The notes under the pieces were generated by a model. It searched no databases and was not told the origin of the DNA. It saw only the letters and a program-made list of their open reading frames with translations. A stretch of 64,000 bases of DNA from Okamejei kenojei (Eukaryota): contig CM069141.1 in assembly GCA_035221665.1 (NCBI GenBank), positions 67,890,001 to 67,954,000 of the forward strand, read 5' to 3'. Positions 50,856-62,270 of this stretch are shown one piece after another. The translations under genes and the position numbers were made by a program. Each line of letters begins with the position of its first letter. Within the stretch, counting starts at the first letter, position 1.

Positions 50856-50919
50856 AAGCACAGGTGATGTGTGGTACAACTGCCTTTCCATAACACAGGA
50901 ACACACTGACTTATTACAT

Positions 50920-51645
50920 TGACAGGGCCAATGGGTCGAGGAATAGAAGATGTAATTTAATTCAGATAAATAGGAAGTGTTGCATTTTGATAAGACAAAC
51001 CAGCGCAGGACTTGCACAGTAACTGGTACAGCCCTTGAGTGTGTAAAACAAAGAAACTCAAGGATCCGGATACATAGTCCCATGAAGGTGTTGACACAAT
51101 ATGGAGAAGAGGTCATTTGGCATGCTTGCCTTCATGTACAGTTGCACAAGGCATTGGCGGGACCACATTTGGAGTACTGTGTGCAGTTCTGATCACCCCT
51201 GTGGATAGCAAGGATTATTTTAAACTGCAACTGGTGCCAAAAAGATTTACGACAAGATTGACAGATTTATATGTTACCCATGTCTGGAAGGTTGAGGTTT
51301 TTAGGACAGGTTATGTCTTTATTCACCGGAGAATAGGATGCTTAGAGGTTTATAAAATCAGGACGAGATAAGGTGAATGGCCAGTTTTTTCCTCCCTCCC
51401 CAAGGTAGAGAGCAACTTTTGCAACGTAGACAGTGGTGGGTATATTGAATAAGCTGCCAGAAGTGGAAGGTGTGTACAATTACAATGTTTAAAATGAAAG
51501 GCTGGAACAGGTACATGGATTGGCAAGGTTCAGAGGAATATAGGTCAAATTCAAGCAAATGGGAGTAGCTCGGTTAGGAAACTTGGTCGGCACGGACCAA
51601 TTGGGCTGAAAGACTAATTTCCATGTTGTATAACTCTGGCTCTAA
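50920..51645 (+). mobile_element. Old CR1 LINE 3' fragment
   Basis: VLHFDKTNQRRT..ALAGPHLEYCVQF; decayed 3' end. Confidence 0.7.
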
Positions 51646-52722
51646 GGTGTCAACACATTGAGAATTTTAAACCATGAAAGAAATTCTAAATTAATTTTCC
51701 ATTTTATGCATGTTCTAAAATATTGCTTTTCAACAGCACAATTAAAATGACAATCAACAGTCTATTATAAACCTACTGACTTCCACAGCTATCTCGACTA
51801 CACTTCATTCCACCTCCGGCTATGCCACATCTGCGCCCAAGATGAGTTGTTCCATACCATGTCATCCCCCCCGGTTGCAACAGAGACAGAGTCCCCCTAG
51901 TCCTCACTCCTCACCTTTTTACGCCATCAGCCGTCGCTTACAGCATATATTCCCCCGTCATTTACGCCACCCTCCAATGGGACCCCACCACTAGCAACAT
52001 CTTCCCATCTCCACCTGATTCAACGGAGACCGTTCCCTCTGCAACTTCCTAGGAATCATCCCTTCCCACCCTATTCAACTCCCCTCCACAGGTACTTTCC
52101 CTAGCAACCGCAGGAGATGCTACAACCTGTCCCTAAACCTCCTCCCTCGACTCCATCCAAAGACCCTGACAATCCTTTCTGGTGAGGCAAATGCTCACTT
52201 GTACCTCCAACCTCATCTACTGTATCTGCTGTTTCAGGTGTGGACTCCTATATATCGTCGAGACCAAGTGTAGACTGGCCGATCATTTGGCTGAACACTT
52301 TAGCATGATGCCCGGTTGCTAAACACTTTGGCCCGTATTATACTAATTTCTTTAAACCCAACAGCAGGTTTAACTCTGGAATTTAGACTCGATGGCGGGT
52401 TAAAATCCCTGATATTTAGACTAAAGTCTGTTGTCTTTCTATTAATCACCAAAGCTTAGACTGACCTTAGATTAGAGTTTAACTTGCCGCACAATTTAGA
52501 CTCAGCAGGGAGCAGGTTTAAGGAAGGTTTAAACTTGCTACGGAGAGAATAAATGGCCATTCATGTTGAATTCTATAGTGTGTTGTGTCTTTTTTTCTTT
52601 TTTTCTTTTATAGTGATATATGGTAATCAACATTTTCTCAGAAAAAAATATTTTTAATGTCAGTTAAACAGAAGAAAGGATAGGAAATTTTTAAAAGAGA
52701 AATTCTTTCATTGTCTGTGTAG

Positions 52723-53009
52723 GAACTTTCCAACTAATGCATGGTGATGATGCAGGTTTCTTACAGCCATCTATGTCACGTATAGTCCAGGAGGTGTCAT
52801 CACACATAGCCCAATGGAGAAGAACCTATATCTCCTTCCCATCAACTCCCCAGCAAGTTCAAGACACACAAAATGTGTTCTACCAGTATTGCCGCTTTCC
52901 TGGTGTGATAGGGGCAATTGATGGCACACATGTTCCAATCAGAAATCCAGGTGGGGACCTCGCTCAGATGTTTGTCAATTGGAAGGGCAAATATTCTGTG
53001 AATGTACAG
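52723..53009 (+). pseudogene. Harbinger (HARBI1-like) DDE transposase exon fragment
   Basis: (G)TFQLMHGDDAGFLQPSMSRIVQEV..YISFP..FPGVIGAIDGTHVPI..FVNWKGKYSVNVQ, bounded by tgtag| and |gtaaat. Includes the first catalytic Asp (IDGTH). Confidence 0.88.
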
Positions 53010-53147
53010 GTAAATGTAAAAAATATTTTATTTCTGAGAAATATTGAATGAAATCCTTTCAAAGATTTCTGAATTCATGGTTTTACATGAAAAAATTACA
53101 TGGTTTTACATGTGAAAAGTTGTCCAAAACAATATAAATGTGTCATA

Positions 53148-53288
53148 GCACCTTTATTTCTCGATAATTGTAATTTTATCGGTTCGTAACATCAGGAGAA
53201 ATGCTTTCTCGCTGGCGCCCCAGTTTCCTTTCCGCTGTTTCTTTTTGTCAGCAATGTTGAAGTTGTCGTCTGCTCGTGCTTCTGCTAT
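53148..53288 (-). pseudogene. Harbinger Myb/SANT-like DNA-binding protein N-terminal fragment
   Basis: Manual translation ADKKKQRKGNWGASEKAFLLMLRTDKITIIEK*. Removing one A restores IIENK, typical of Myb_DNA-bind_5/MSANTD-type domains. Confidence 0.65.
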
Positions 53289-54197
53289 TGCATTGCACAC
53301 GTGCAGTACACGCAGACATCGTCACCATGGCAACTAAAACACGGTCCAACTTTAGACTCAGCTAAACCCAAAGTCTAAAGTTAGACTCGCTTTAGACTTT
53401 AGTCTAACTAAAGCTCGCTAATAAATACAATTTTTTTCTGAAACCAAGCGTCGGGTTTAGTTAGACCGAGCGGCAGGTTTAAGGTCAGTTTAAGGAGAGT
53501 CTAACTTTGCAATTGGTAGAATACGGCCTTTCGCTCTCCCTCCCATTCTGACCTTTCTGTCCGGGGCTTCATCTACTGTCAGTGTGAGGCCAAACACAAA
53601 TTGGAGGACCAGCACCACATTTCGCTTGGGCAGCTGACACAAAAGACACAAAATGCTGCAGTACCTCAGCGGGACAGGCAGCATCTCTGGATAGAGGGAA
53701 TGGGTGATGTTTCGGGTCGAGACCCTTCTTCAGACTGAGAGTCAGGGGAAAGAGAAACAGAGATATGGAAGTGTAAGTGTAAGGATGGAAGGAATGGGTG
53801 ATGTTTCAGGTCGAGACACTTCTTCAGGCTGAGAGTCCGGAGAGAGGGAGACACAGATAAGGAAGTGTCAGGTGTGAAAACGAGACATCAAAGGGGATCT
53901 CCCAGTTGCTAAACTCCCTCTCCCACAGTGACCTTTCTGTCCTGGGCCTCCTCCACTGTGGGGCCCAGCACAAATTGGAGGAACAGCACCTCATATTTCA
54001 CTTGGTCAGCTTACACCCCAGCGGTATGAATATTGATTTATCTAACTTCAAGTAACGCTTGTATTCCCTCTCTCTCCGTCCCTCCCCACCCCAGTTCTCC
54101 AAGTGGTTCTCCTGATTAATTTTACTGTTTATATGCCTCACTGTCACCTTCCCCTCAGCCAACAATGAACCATTCTACATTTCCTTGATAATCATCA

Positions 54198-54225
54198 CTG
54201 AAGAAGGGTCTCGACCCGAAACGTC
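54198..54225 (+). ncRNA. Minimal hammerhead ribozyme motif
   Basis: Perfect CTGAAGAAGGGTCTCGACCCGAAACGTC core; the helix I partner has been lost. Confidence 0.55.
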
Positions 54226-54420
54226 ACCTATTCCTTCGCTCCATAGATGCTGCCTTACCCGCTGAATTTCTCCAGCATTTGTCAACTTTCGATTATTCTT
54301 AAACATCTGCTTCGACCTGTCGTTTTCACATCTTGCCCTTCTATATCTCTAGTTCCCCTCTCCCCTGACTCTCATTCTGACGAAAGGTTGCGACCCAAAA
54401 CGTTACCCATTCCTTCTCTT

Positions 54421-55372
54421 CGGCTACAGAACTGTGCCTTGGACATGGTAGTGAGCAAGACAGAGGCCCCACAGGGGATGGTCCTCTCGCCCTTCCTGTA
54501 CACCATCTACACCTCGGACTTCAGATCTAACTCGGATTCCTGCCACCTGCAGAAGTTTTCGAATTACTCTGCAATTGTGGCTGCATCAGTGAAGGGAGAG
54601 AAGCTGAATACAGAAGTGTAGTCAGTGACTTTGTTGAATGGTGTGGCTGAATTACCTGCAGCTCAACACTGACTAGACTAAGGAGTTAGTGGTGGAATTT
54701 AGGAGGAGAGGAACACCCCGTCTCCATCAATGGCCTGGATGTGCAGTTTACCAGGGAGTACAAATACCTTGGAGTGTACCTGGACAGTAAATTGGACTGA
54801 TCCAGGAATGCTGAGGCCCTGTACAAGAAGAGACAGAGCCGGCTGTATTTTTTTGAGAAGGCTCCGCTCCTTCAACGTCTGCAGTAAGATGCTGTAGATG
54901 TTCCACAAATCGGTGGTAGCCAGTGTCATCTTCTTCGCTGCCGTGTGCTGGGGCAGCAGATGCCAATAGGATTAACAAAGTCATCAGGAAGGCTGGCTCC
55001 ATCCTGGGGGTGGTCTTGATGGGGAGGATGCTCCTCAAACTACAGAGCACCTTGACAATACAGCTCACTCCCTCCATGATACTCTGGTCAACCTGAGGAA
55101 TACCTTCAGCAACAGTCTGGTTCCACCAAGATGCAGGACAGAACGCCACAGGAGATCCTTCTTCCCTGTGGCTATCAAAGTACAACTCATCCCCCTTCTG
55201 TCGTGGGGAAGACCGACTCCCCGCCCCACCCCCCTCCCTAATCTTTGCACATTCCCAATCCGTTCCACTCGTCACTTTAATTACATGTTTCATGTATTTT
55301 GTGTTTTATGATTGTTGGCAGATCAATTTCCCTCCTGGGATAAATAAAGTTTTATTGTATCGTATCATATCG
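54421..55372 (+). mobile_element. Rex1/Babar-like LINE RT + 3' tail, decayed
   Basis: APQGMVLSPFLYTIYTSDF..CHLQKFS...AIV and EYKYLGVYLD, then tail aatttccctcctgggataaataaagtt(tatcg)n. Inserted in a Penelope tail. Confidence 0.88.
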
Positions 55373-56159
55373 TATGCAGCCTGTCCCGCTGAGCATTGTG
55401 TGTCTACCTTCGGTGTAAACCAGCATCTGCAGTTCTTTTCTACATAGTTAATTTTAAATTGTTTGACTGTACGGTCCTGGCTTTCACTTTTACGACAGTA
55501 ATCAAACAGCCCCAATGAAGCAAACTTCTCTGTATGCCTCTATAAAATCCAAAATACGCTGCCTGCGCAAGTGAACTAATGTCAGTGCCTTCTCCGGAGC
55601 CAAGACAGTAATTACTTTAAATGAGCACTATTGTTCACATTTTCAACCCCATTCTCCTGGAGAACATACTCTGTGCTGATCTGCACTGTGGCAACAGATT
55701 AGCATGAAACAATTCTGGGAGTTATACTTCAAAAGGTATAAAAACTCACATGGGGGGGGGGGGGGGGGGGGGGGGGGGAGAAAGAAGTGGAAGCAACAAA
55801 AAAGTGTTCAGGATGGCACTGAGAGTCTCAAATCGTTGTGAGTAAAAGATGTGCATAAAAACAGGAGAACCACCCAATAGGCTGCCCTGTAAGCTATCCT
55901 TGCAGACCATGTCAGAAGCCACAGAACTGAAGAGGCCGCAATGTCTAAAAAGGATTGTCACGGCATACTTCAGCATTTACAGGATGTGCAATCCACCAAA
56001 ATGACAGTCATTATTCAATTTGCACGTGCAATTTGCACATGATAAATTACAGACTGCGGAATAGCAATGAATAAATGATGCCCATATATGGAGGTATATA
56101 TTAGATTCAAAGGAAATTAAATTTGCACGTGCTCTCATTCTAGCAATGGAGTCTACCAA

Positions 56160-56935
56160 GGACAGAAAGGTTGTTATGGGAATCAGAACGGGGGACTGAA
56201 ATTGTCGGCAACCTGGAGAATCACCAGGCCTTGGTGAACAGAGTGCAAGTGTTTGGCGAAATTGTCGCCTAGTCCATGTTTGATCTCACCGATGCAAATG
56301 AGGCCACATTGGGAGCAGCAGGATTTGAAGAGATGCACCTAACCTTTGTCTCTCCTGAAAGGGCTGCTGTTGTTCCTGGATGGAAGCGAGATCGGTGGTG
56401 CAGTGACAATGTTATATCTCCTGCTGTTGCTGGGGAAAGTACCAGGGGAGGGGCAAGTGAAGAAAGGAAATGTGGTGGGAGGCATATCTACAGAATGGGA
56501 TGGGGACAGTAAAATATGCCAAGCGGTAGAATCATGAAGGTGGTGAAACTGTTGAGGAATACGTGTTAGATGTGGAGGGCCGAAAGGCAAGCACCATGGC
56601 ATCTCTATCGTTCCATCTGGGGGGGCAGAGAAGAGCGAGTGCCGAATTGCAGGACACAGAGGAGACACGGGTGAGGGTACCACCCACTATGGTGGATAAA
56701 AGTTTATCATAGAAAGAATACCCCTCGGATGTCCTAGAATGTAAAGCCTGGAGTGAAGACGGAAAAAGTGATAGTAAGAGATGACAACCTAACAAGAGAC
56801 AGATGGGAGAAGATGTAGTCAATTGACTCTGGGAGTCAGGTGGTTTGTCAGAGAACTCATTTCGAACATAGTACATAGCCAGTCCCCTGCGATGGGGGCA
56901 GAGAGATTCAGAAAGGGTAACGAGGTATCCGAGCC
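56160..56935 (-). mobile_element. Old Penelope-like element fragment
   Basis: Minus strand has KPPDSQSQL (cf. YKPTDSHSYL), PSPGTFPSN.RRYN, and actaggcgacaatttcgccaaacac (LGD.FA.H). Confidence 0.7.
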
Positions 56936-58049
56936 AATTCATTTTCTGCACTGAAATGATTTTTGCACAGTAAACCTCATTGTAAACAAGACATATCTAA
57001 AATGATAAAAAAATGTCTTCAGCATTTTCTTTGTACTTCATGGATTTATAAATTGTATTTATGGCATATTCTCTCTCATTATGGGCTCGCACAAACCTAG
57101 CAATTGATTTAAAATGCCTGTGCAGAACACTAATAAAATTACATTCATAAGTCTGTTTCACTGTTTATGATCAAGGAACAGAGGCATCTGATTTGATTAA
57201 CAAAGTACAGTAACAAAAAGGCCCTTTACAATTATAGGTTTATCAGTGAAAGCGTACCAGCGGTTTATCAGCGAGCCGTCCCTCTCCTTTCCGATCCTCC
57301 AGCCTTCCTCCCATCAACCATCACCCTCTTGAACCAACTATTTCAACACCAGACAACTAATAACTTTGCACAACATACTTTGTCTTGAACTATTATGGTT
57401 TTACCTAGCATTAATGACAACTTATTGTGTTTCTTTTGCTGTGCAGTTGCATGTGCATGCAAAGCTGCAGCAAGTTGGAATTCCAGTTTGAATCCCCGTG
57501 TACATTCCATAGCTTACAACAAACAGCATGTGAACAACTGAACCGTGGCCATGAGGAGACAGGCAAGCCTGAACAATATTTATGTACTTCAGGTGAAGGT
57601 ACAAAAATTCCTTTCCCTGTTCCAACTTACACAACAATATAACTGCAAAAGCAAACCTTGAGTTTCAAGATTTGAATTCACCGCTAGACTTCCAATGTCA
57701 AAGAAAACCATGATAAATAAAATGAAATGCTGACATGGTATTATCAAACGTTTATGAATTGTAAACTAAGTTATGCAAACAAGATGTCTGGCTCTCAGGA
57801 CATTAAATATTTGTCCAATTGCTTGTTTGTCCAATTGTTATTCGCACTGCAATTTCCAAGATGTTACCTGTGGGTTGCTCAAATTCTTTAATTCTCATAA
57901 ATGGTGAGAAGACTAGTGTAATGAACTGGAGTTATATTTAATCATAATTCCTGTATGCAATACTTGAAAGAATACTCACAAGAGTTCAATTTACATCGTC
58001 ATATTCAGATGAAATTCAATACTAAGGAATTAAGAAGTAATGTTACAAC

Positions 58050-58540
58050 CATCTGGTCAGACATGCCCGAGGTGCCGCACGGAAGGCCTCCACCGCAAGG
58101 TGCAGTGCGGTGGAGGCCTTCCCCGAGGTGCCACCGTCGCAACACCCGCCTGAAGGCTCGGTTGGCGGGACTGGGAACCCACCCAAAGGCTTGGAGTTCG
58201 TCTGAAGGCTCATCAGTTGGCACGACCGGGAACCCACCTGAAGGCTCGGCAGACAGCTGAACAAGGAGGGAGCCGGTCACGAGGAGCAAGGACTGGTAGG
58301 AGGGTGAACCAGGGAAATGCCTTCAGGGAGGCTGCAGGAAGCGACACCAGGTCACAAAGATGGCTGGTCAAGTCGAAGAAGGACGGCAGTTTGCGGAAAC
58401 TGTTCTTGTACATCAAGCGTGTGGGGTCACCAGGCTTTGAACTATGGCACCAAAAATGGCGGCGCCCGCATGTGTAATATATACAAAATGAATTTCACTG
58501 TGCAGTTGCATATGTGACAAATAAAGCACTATTAATTATT
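58050..58540 (+). mobile_element. GC-rich non-coding repeat with Rex1-like tail
   Basis: Internal repeats cctgaaggctcgg and gggaacccacc; ends gaatttcactgtgcagttgcatatgtgacaaataaagc. Confidence 0.55.
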
Positions 58541-58544
58541 GAAG

Positions 58545-59580
58545 ACTCATACAGCACAGAAACAGGCTTTTGGGTACAACTTGTCCATGCTGACCAACAT
58601 GCTAGTCTAAGTAATCCCATTTGCCTACATTTAACCCATATTCCACTAAATCTTTCCCATTCACATATCTGTCCAAATGTCTTTTAAATGCTCTTAATAT
58701 GCCTGGCTCAACCACTTTGTCTGGCTGATCGTCCATATGCCCATTATCTCCCTATTGCAGCTTTTCCTTCTCTCCCTGAATCCATGCCCTCCAGTTCTGG
58801 GTTTCCCCAACCCTGGAAAAATGGCTGCATGCATTTGCCCAATTAGTGCCCACCATGATTTTGTGACCCTTTATAACATCACTCCCATTCTTCTAAGTTC
58901 CAAGGAATAAAATTCAGGCCTGCCCAGCATCTCCCTATAATTCTGGCCCTCAAATCCTGGCACCATCTTGCAAATCCTTTTAAGCATTCTTTCCAGCATT
59001 ATGGCATCCTTCCAACAGCAGAGTGACCAAAACTAAACACAATAGTCTGAATGCAGCCTCACCAGCATCTTGCACAATGTATCTGTGATATCTTAACTTC
59101 AATACCCTTTCTGATGAACGGCTATGTGCCAAAGGTCTTTACCACCACCTTGCTTATTTGTGACACCGCTTGCAGGGAATTTTGTACTCGTACTTCTACC
59201 ATACTCCTACGGGCCGCTGTTCACTGTGATACTCCTACCCCATACCGCAACATCTCACACCTAACTGAATTAAACTCCATTTGCCTTGGATGATCAAGAT
59301 CCTACAATATTCCTTCATTCTCCAATACCACCTATTTTACTGACGTACATTCAAAATTATTTTGTGGATGACAAACAATCATGGGCCCAGCGTTGACCCA
59401 AGCTACACAAGTCACAGGCCTCAGTGAGAGAATCAACCTTTCATCCTCATTCCCTGCTTCGAACGACGTGATCTAACCTTCCAGCCCAGGCTACCATGTG
59501 GAACCTCGTCAAAGGCCTTCCTAAAATATTGAATCCGCCGGACTTCATCCCTTTTTCTATCCAAGTCAATTATGTCAATG
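58545..59580 (-). mobile_element. Old CR1 LINE RT/3' fragment
   Basis: Plus strand shows acagcacagaaacaggc (reverse-complement tail), gaccaaaactaaacacaatagtc and aaaggccttcctaaaat (DF.KAFD-like on the minus strand). Confidence 0.65.
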
Positions 59581-60195
59581 TGCACAACTTTCTCCAGCAA
59601 GTAGTTTGGAGGTATTGACCTCGTTCAACTGTTTATATGTTCCATACACACCTGCCATGTGGGCTTGAGATTCCCCCTTGCCCACGCAAAACGCCCAGGG
59701 ACCCTCAGGAATGGAGTTCACTACAAAATTCTCAGGCCCTAAGAACATAATCCTTTCCTCTATCCACTTGATACTCTTTTACATCAACAGATTTCAGAAT
59801 AGTGTGCCTGCTTTAGGAATCGGTTGCTGAGCACAGAATTGATGTGTCTTGCATAACGGAATATAATTAGTGCCTCAATGATGGGAATAAAGCTGGCATT
59901 AGATTGCATATATGCCAATGAATCTCAAGGAATTTTCAGACAGCCTTTGGTGTACTTTAATGTGCCAACTGTAACTAGACTGATTGTGTAGAGATTGTGT
60001 TGTGAATCACTGCTGCCCAGTAGATTAAAAGCCTTGTACAAGTTTGTTATTTTATCACTCTGAAGATAGAGCTGGATTTCATCAATGTTTTGCATTCACT
60101 GAGAGATGGCTTCTGAGATAAACAACGTGGTCCATGTTTTCCAGATTCTTGTCAGGGACATTTCTAATCAGAAGTGAAGAAACTGACATTTATTT

Positions 60196-60293
60196 TCAGT
60201 CTGAAGAAGGGTCTCGAGCCGAAACATCACCCATTTCCTTCACTCCATAGATGCAGACTCACCCGCTGAGTTTCTCCAGCATTTTTGTCTACC
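60196..60293 (+). mobile_element. Solo Penelope terminal repeat with degenerate hammerhead
   Basis: CTGAAGAAGGGTCTCGAGCCGAAACATC at 60201-60228 plus the standard tail. Confidence 0.8.
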
Positions 60294-60749
60294 TTTCTTG
60301 TCAGTCAGATGGGTTTGCTTAATGGACATTTAAAGCAAGAGCCATCCTCGTGCTTCAGCATCTGCAATTATCTAATTGTCATCAATATATCTAATGCAAG
60401 ATTTCCACACTTTATTATTCAAATTTATTTTAAATAGGTCGATACACCATTCACCTGCAACACATGCATTTTTTAATTTTTAATATTAAGCGGATCGAAA
60501 CGCTCGGGGCCCTTGAGGAATATAGAGGAAAGAACTCAAGCAGGCAATTAGAAGGGGCAAAAGGGAGCAATGAAATAGCTTGGCAAGTCACCTTAAAGAC
60601 AAGCTCAAAGTTTTTAATTCCCAAATTAAAAACAAGAGGGTAACCAGGGAGAAGGTCGGACCACTCAAAGATAAAGGAGGGAACTTTGGCTTGGAATTAG
60701 GGGATGTAGTAGAGGTACTAAAGGAGTACTTTGCATCTGCTTTGAATAG

Positions 60750-61438
60750 AACAGTTGTCTGTGTAGCGAGGAACAGTGAAGAGCTTTTGCTATCCGGTCA
60801 ACGAAAATACTATGCATGATTACAATCAAACTGTCCACAGTGTACAGATATAGGATAACGGGTACAATATTTAATGCAAGATAAATTCCGATGAAAGATA
60901 GCTCCAGGGTCTCCAATGAGGTAGATAAGAGGTCAGGGCCGCACTCCATCTGATGAGAGGGCCTTTTAGTTTGCTGATTACAGCAGGCAAGAAAATGTCC
61001 CTGAATCTGGAGGTGCGCATTTTCCAACCTTTGTACCTTTTGCCACAGGGGTGAGGGGAGAAGAGTACCGAGGTGAGACTGACCCTTGATTATGCTGGTG
61101 ACTTTACCGTGGCAGCATGAAGTGTAGATGGAGTCAATGGAAGTTTATTTGCATGATGATCTGGTCTAGTCACAACTCTCTGCAATTTATTACGGTCTTG
61201 GATCTAGCTGTTCCCAAACCAGGCTATGATGCATCCCCATAAAAATGCTTTACACGATGCATCTGTCAAAGTTGGCGAGGGATGTTGGGAACATGCCAAA
61301 CTTCCTCCGCCTTCAAAGGAAGTAGAGGCATTGGTGTGCCTTCTTGGCTACAGCTGTGAAGTGGCTGGTGCAGGACAAATTGTTGCTGATATTTATTCCT
61401 CGGGACTTGAAGTTTTCGATCATTTCTATTTTGGCACC
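60750..61438 (-). mobile_element. Rex1/Babar-like LINE 3' fragment inside a CR1 relic (60490-60745 and 61440-61670)
   Basis: Minus strand has ttcaagtcccgaggaataaatatcagc (FK..GINIS) and aaaagctcttcactgttcctcg tail. Flanks are CR1-like (KNKRVTREKVGPLKD; RPPLDYCKQFWPPHYRKD). Confidence 0.7.
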
Positions 61439-61886
61439 AACTGCCTGAAAGTGGCAATATAAGTAGATAGAGTGGTGAATAAGTCATAGGGTATGCTTAC
61501 CTTCATTTGGTAAGGCATTAAGTATAAGAATCAGGAACTCACAATGCAACGGTGGCCTAACATTGGTTAGGCCACCTTTGGATTATTGCAAGCAGTTCTG
61601 GCCACCCCATTATAGGAAGGATATGGAGGCCTCCAAAAGTCAGAGGGGGTTATCAGAATTATGTCTGGTGCAATGACAATTTCAAACTTTTCCAATGTCC
61701 AACTTTCCGTTGCCATTACTCCACGGGTAGGTGGGAGTGATCATACGCAAACAAGCAAAAATGGATCGCCCAGTCGTTATTTCCAGCTTAATTAGTTCTT
61801 TATTGAAGTAGTTGTACAGACAAAGAAGTGAACATACCAGATTCTCTTTATTCTTATACAAATTGTAGCTTTCCGTTCTTACTGTC

Positions 61887-62270
61887 AGATCTTAAGGGGT
61901 TGGGGTTCTTAAGGGGTTGGATAGGCTAGATGCAGGAAGATTGTTCCCGATGTTGGGGAGGTCCAGAACGAGGGGTCACAGTCTAAGGATAAGGGGGAAT
62001 TCCTTTAGGACCGAGATGAGGAAAACATTTTTCACACAGAGAGTGGTGAGTCTCTGGAATTCTCTGCTACAGAAGGTAGTTGAGGCCAGTTCATTGGCTA
62101 TATTTAAGAGGGAGTTAGTGTGGCCCTTGCGGCTAAAGGGATCAGGGGGTATGGAGAGAAGGCAGGTACAGGATACTGAGTTGGATGATCAGCCATGATC
62201 ATATTGAATGGCAGTGCAGGCTCGAAGGGCCGAATGGCCTACTCCTGCACCTATTTTCTACGTTTCTATC
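61887..62270 (+). mobile_element. CR1 LINE 3' fragment
   Basis: LKGLDRLDAGRLFPMLGRSRTRGHSLRI, with a small duplication tcttaaggggttgg at the 5' junction. Confidence 0.92.

Larger units (their letters stand above)
52330..53528. mobile_element. PIF/Harbinger transposon deletion derivative (~1.2 kb)
   Basis: Imperfect TIRs ggcccgtattatactaatttc and (reverse complement of right end) ggccgtattctaccaattgc. 3-bp TTT on both flanks. Subterminal TTAGAC(T) repeats. Transposase and Myb/SANT fragments inside. Confidence 0.85.
51755..55445 (+). mobile_element. Decayed Penelope-like element hosting nested Harbinger, inverted Penelope tails and Rex1
   Basis: YYKPTDFHSYLDY at ~51765 and GIY-YIG remnant at 52200-52325. 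Resumes at 53530-53640 and 53900-54060. Hammerhead motifs at 53706(-), 53800(-), 54198(+) and 54377(+). Confidence 0.8.

Noticed and set aside
52737-53051. Domesticated HARBI1 gene
   Set aside because: A single isolated exon between TIRs, inside a Penelope relic and lacking the rest of the DDE triad; a transposon remnant.
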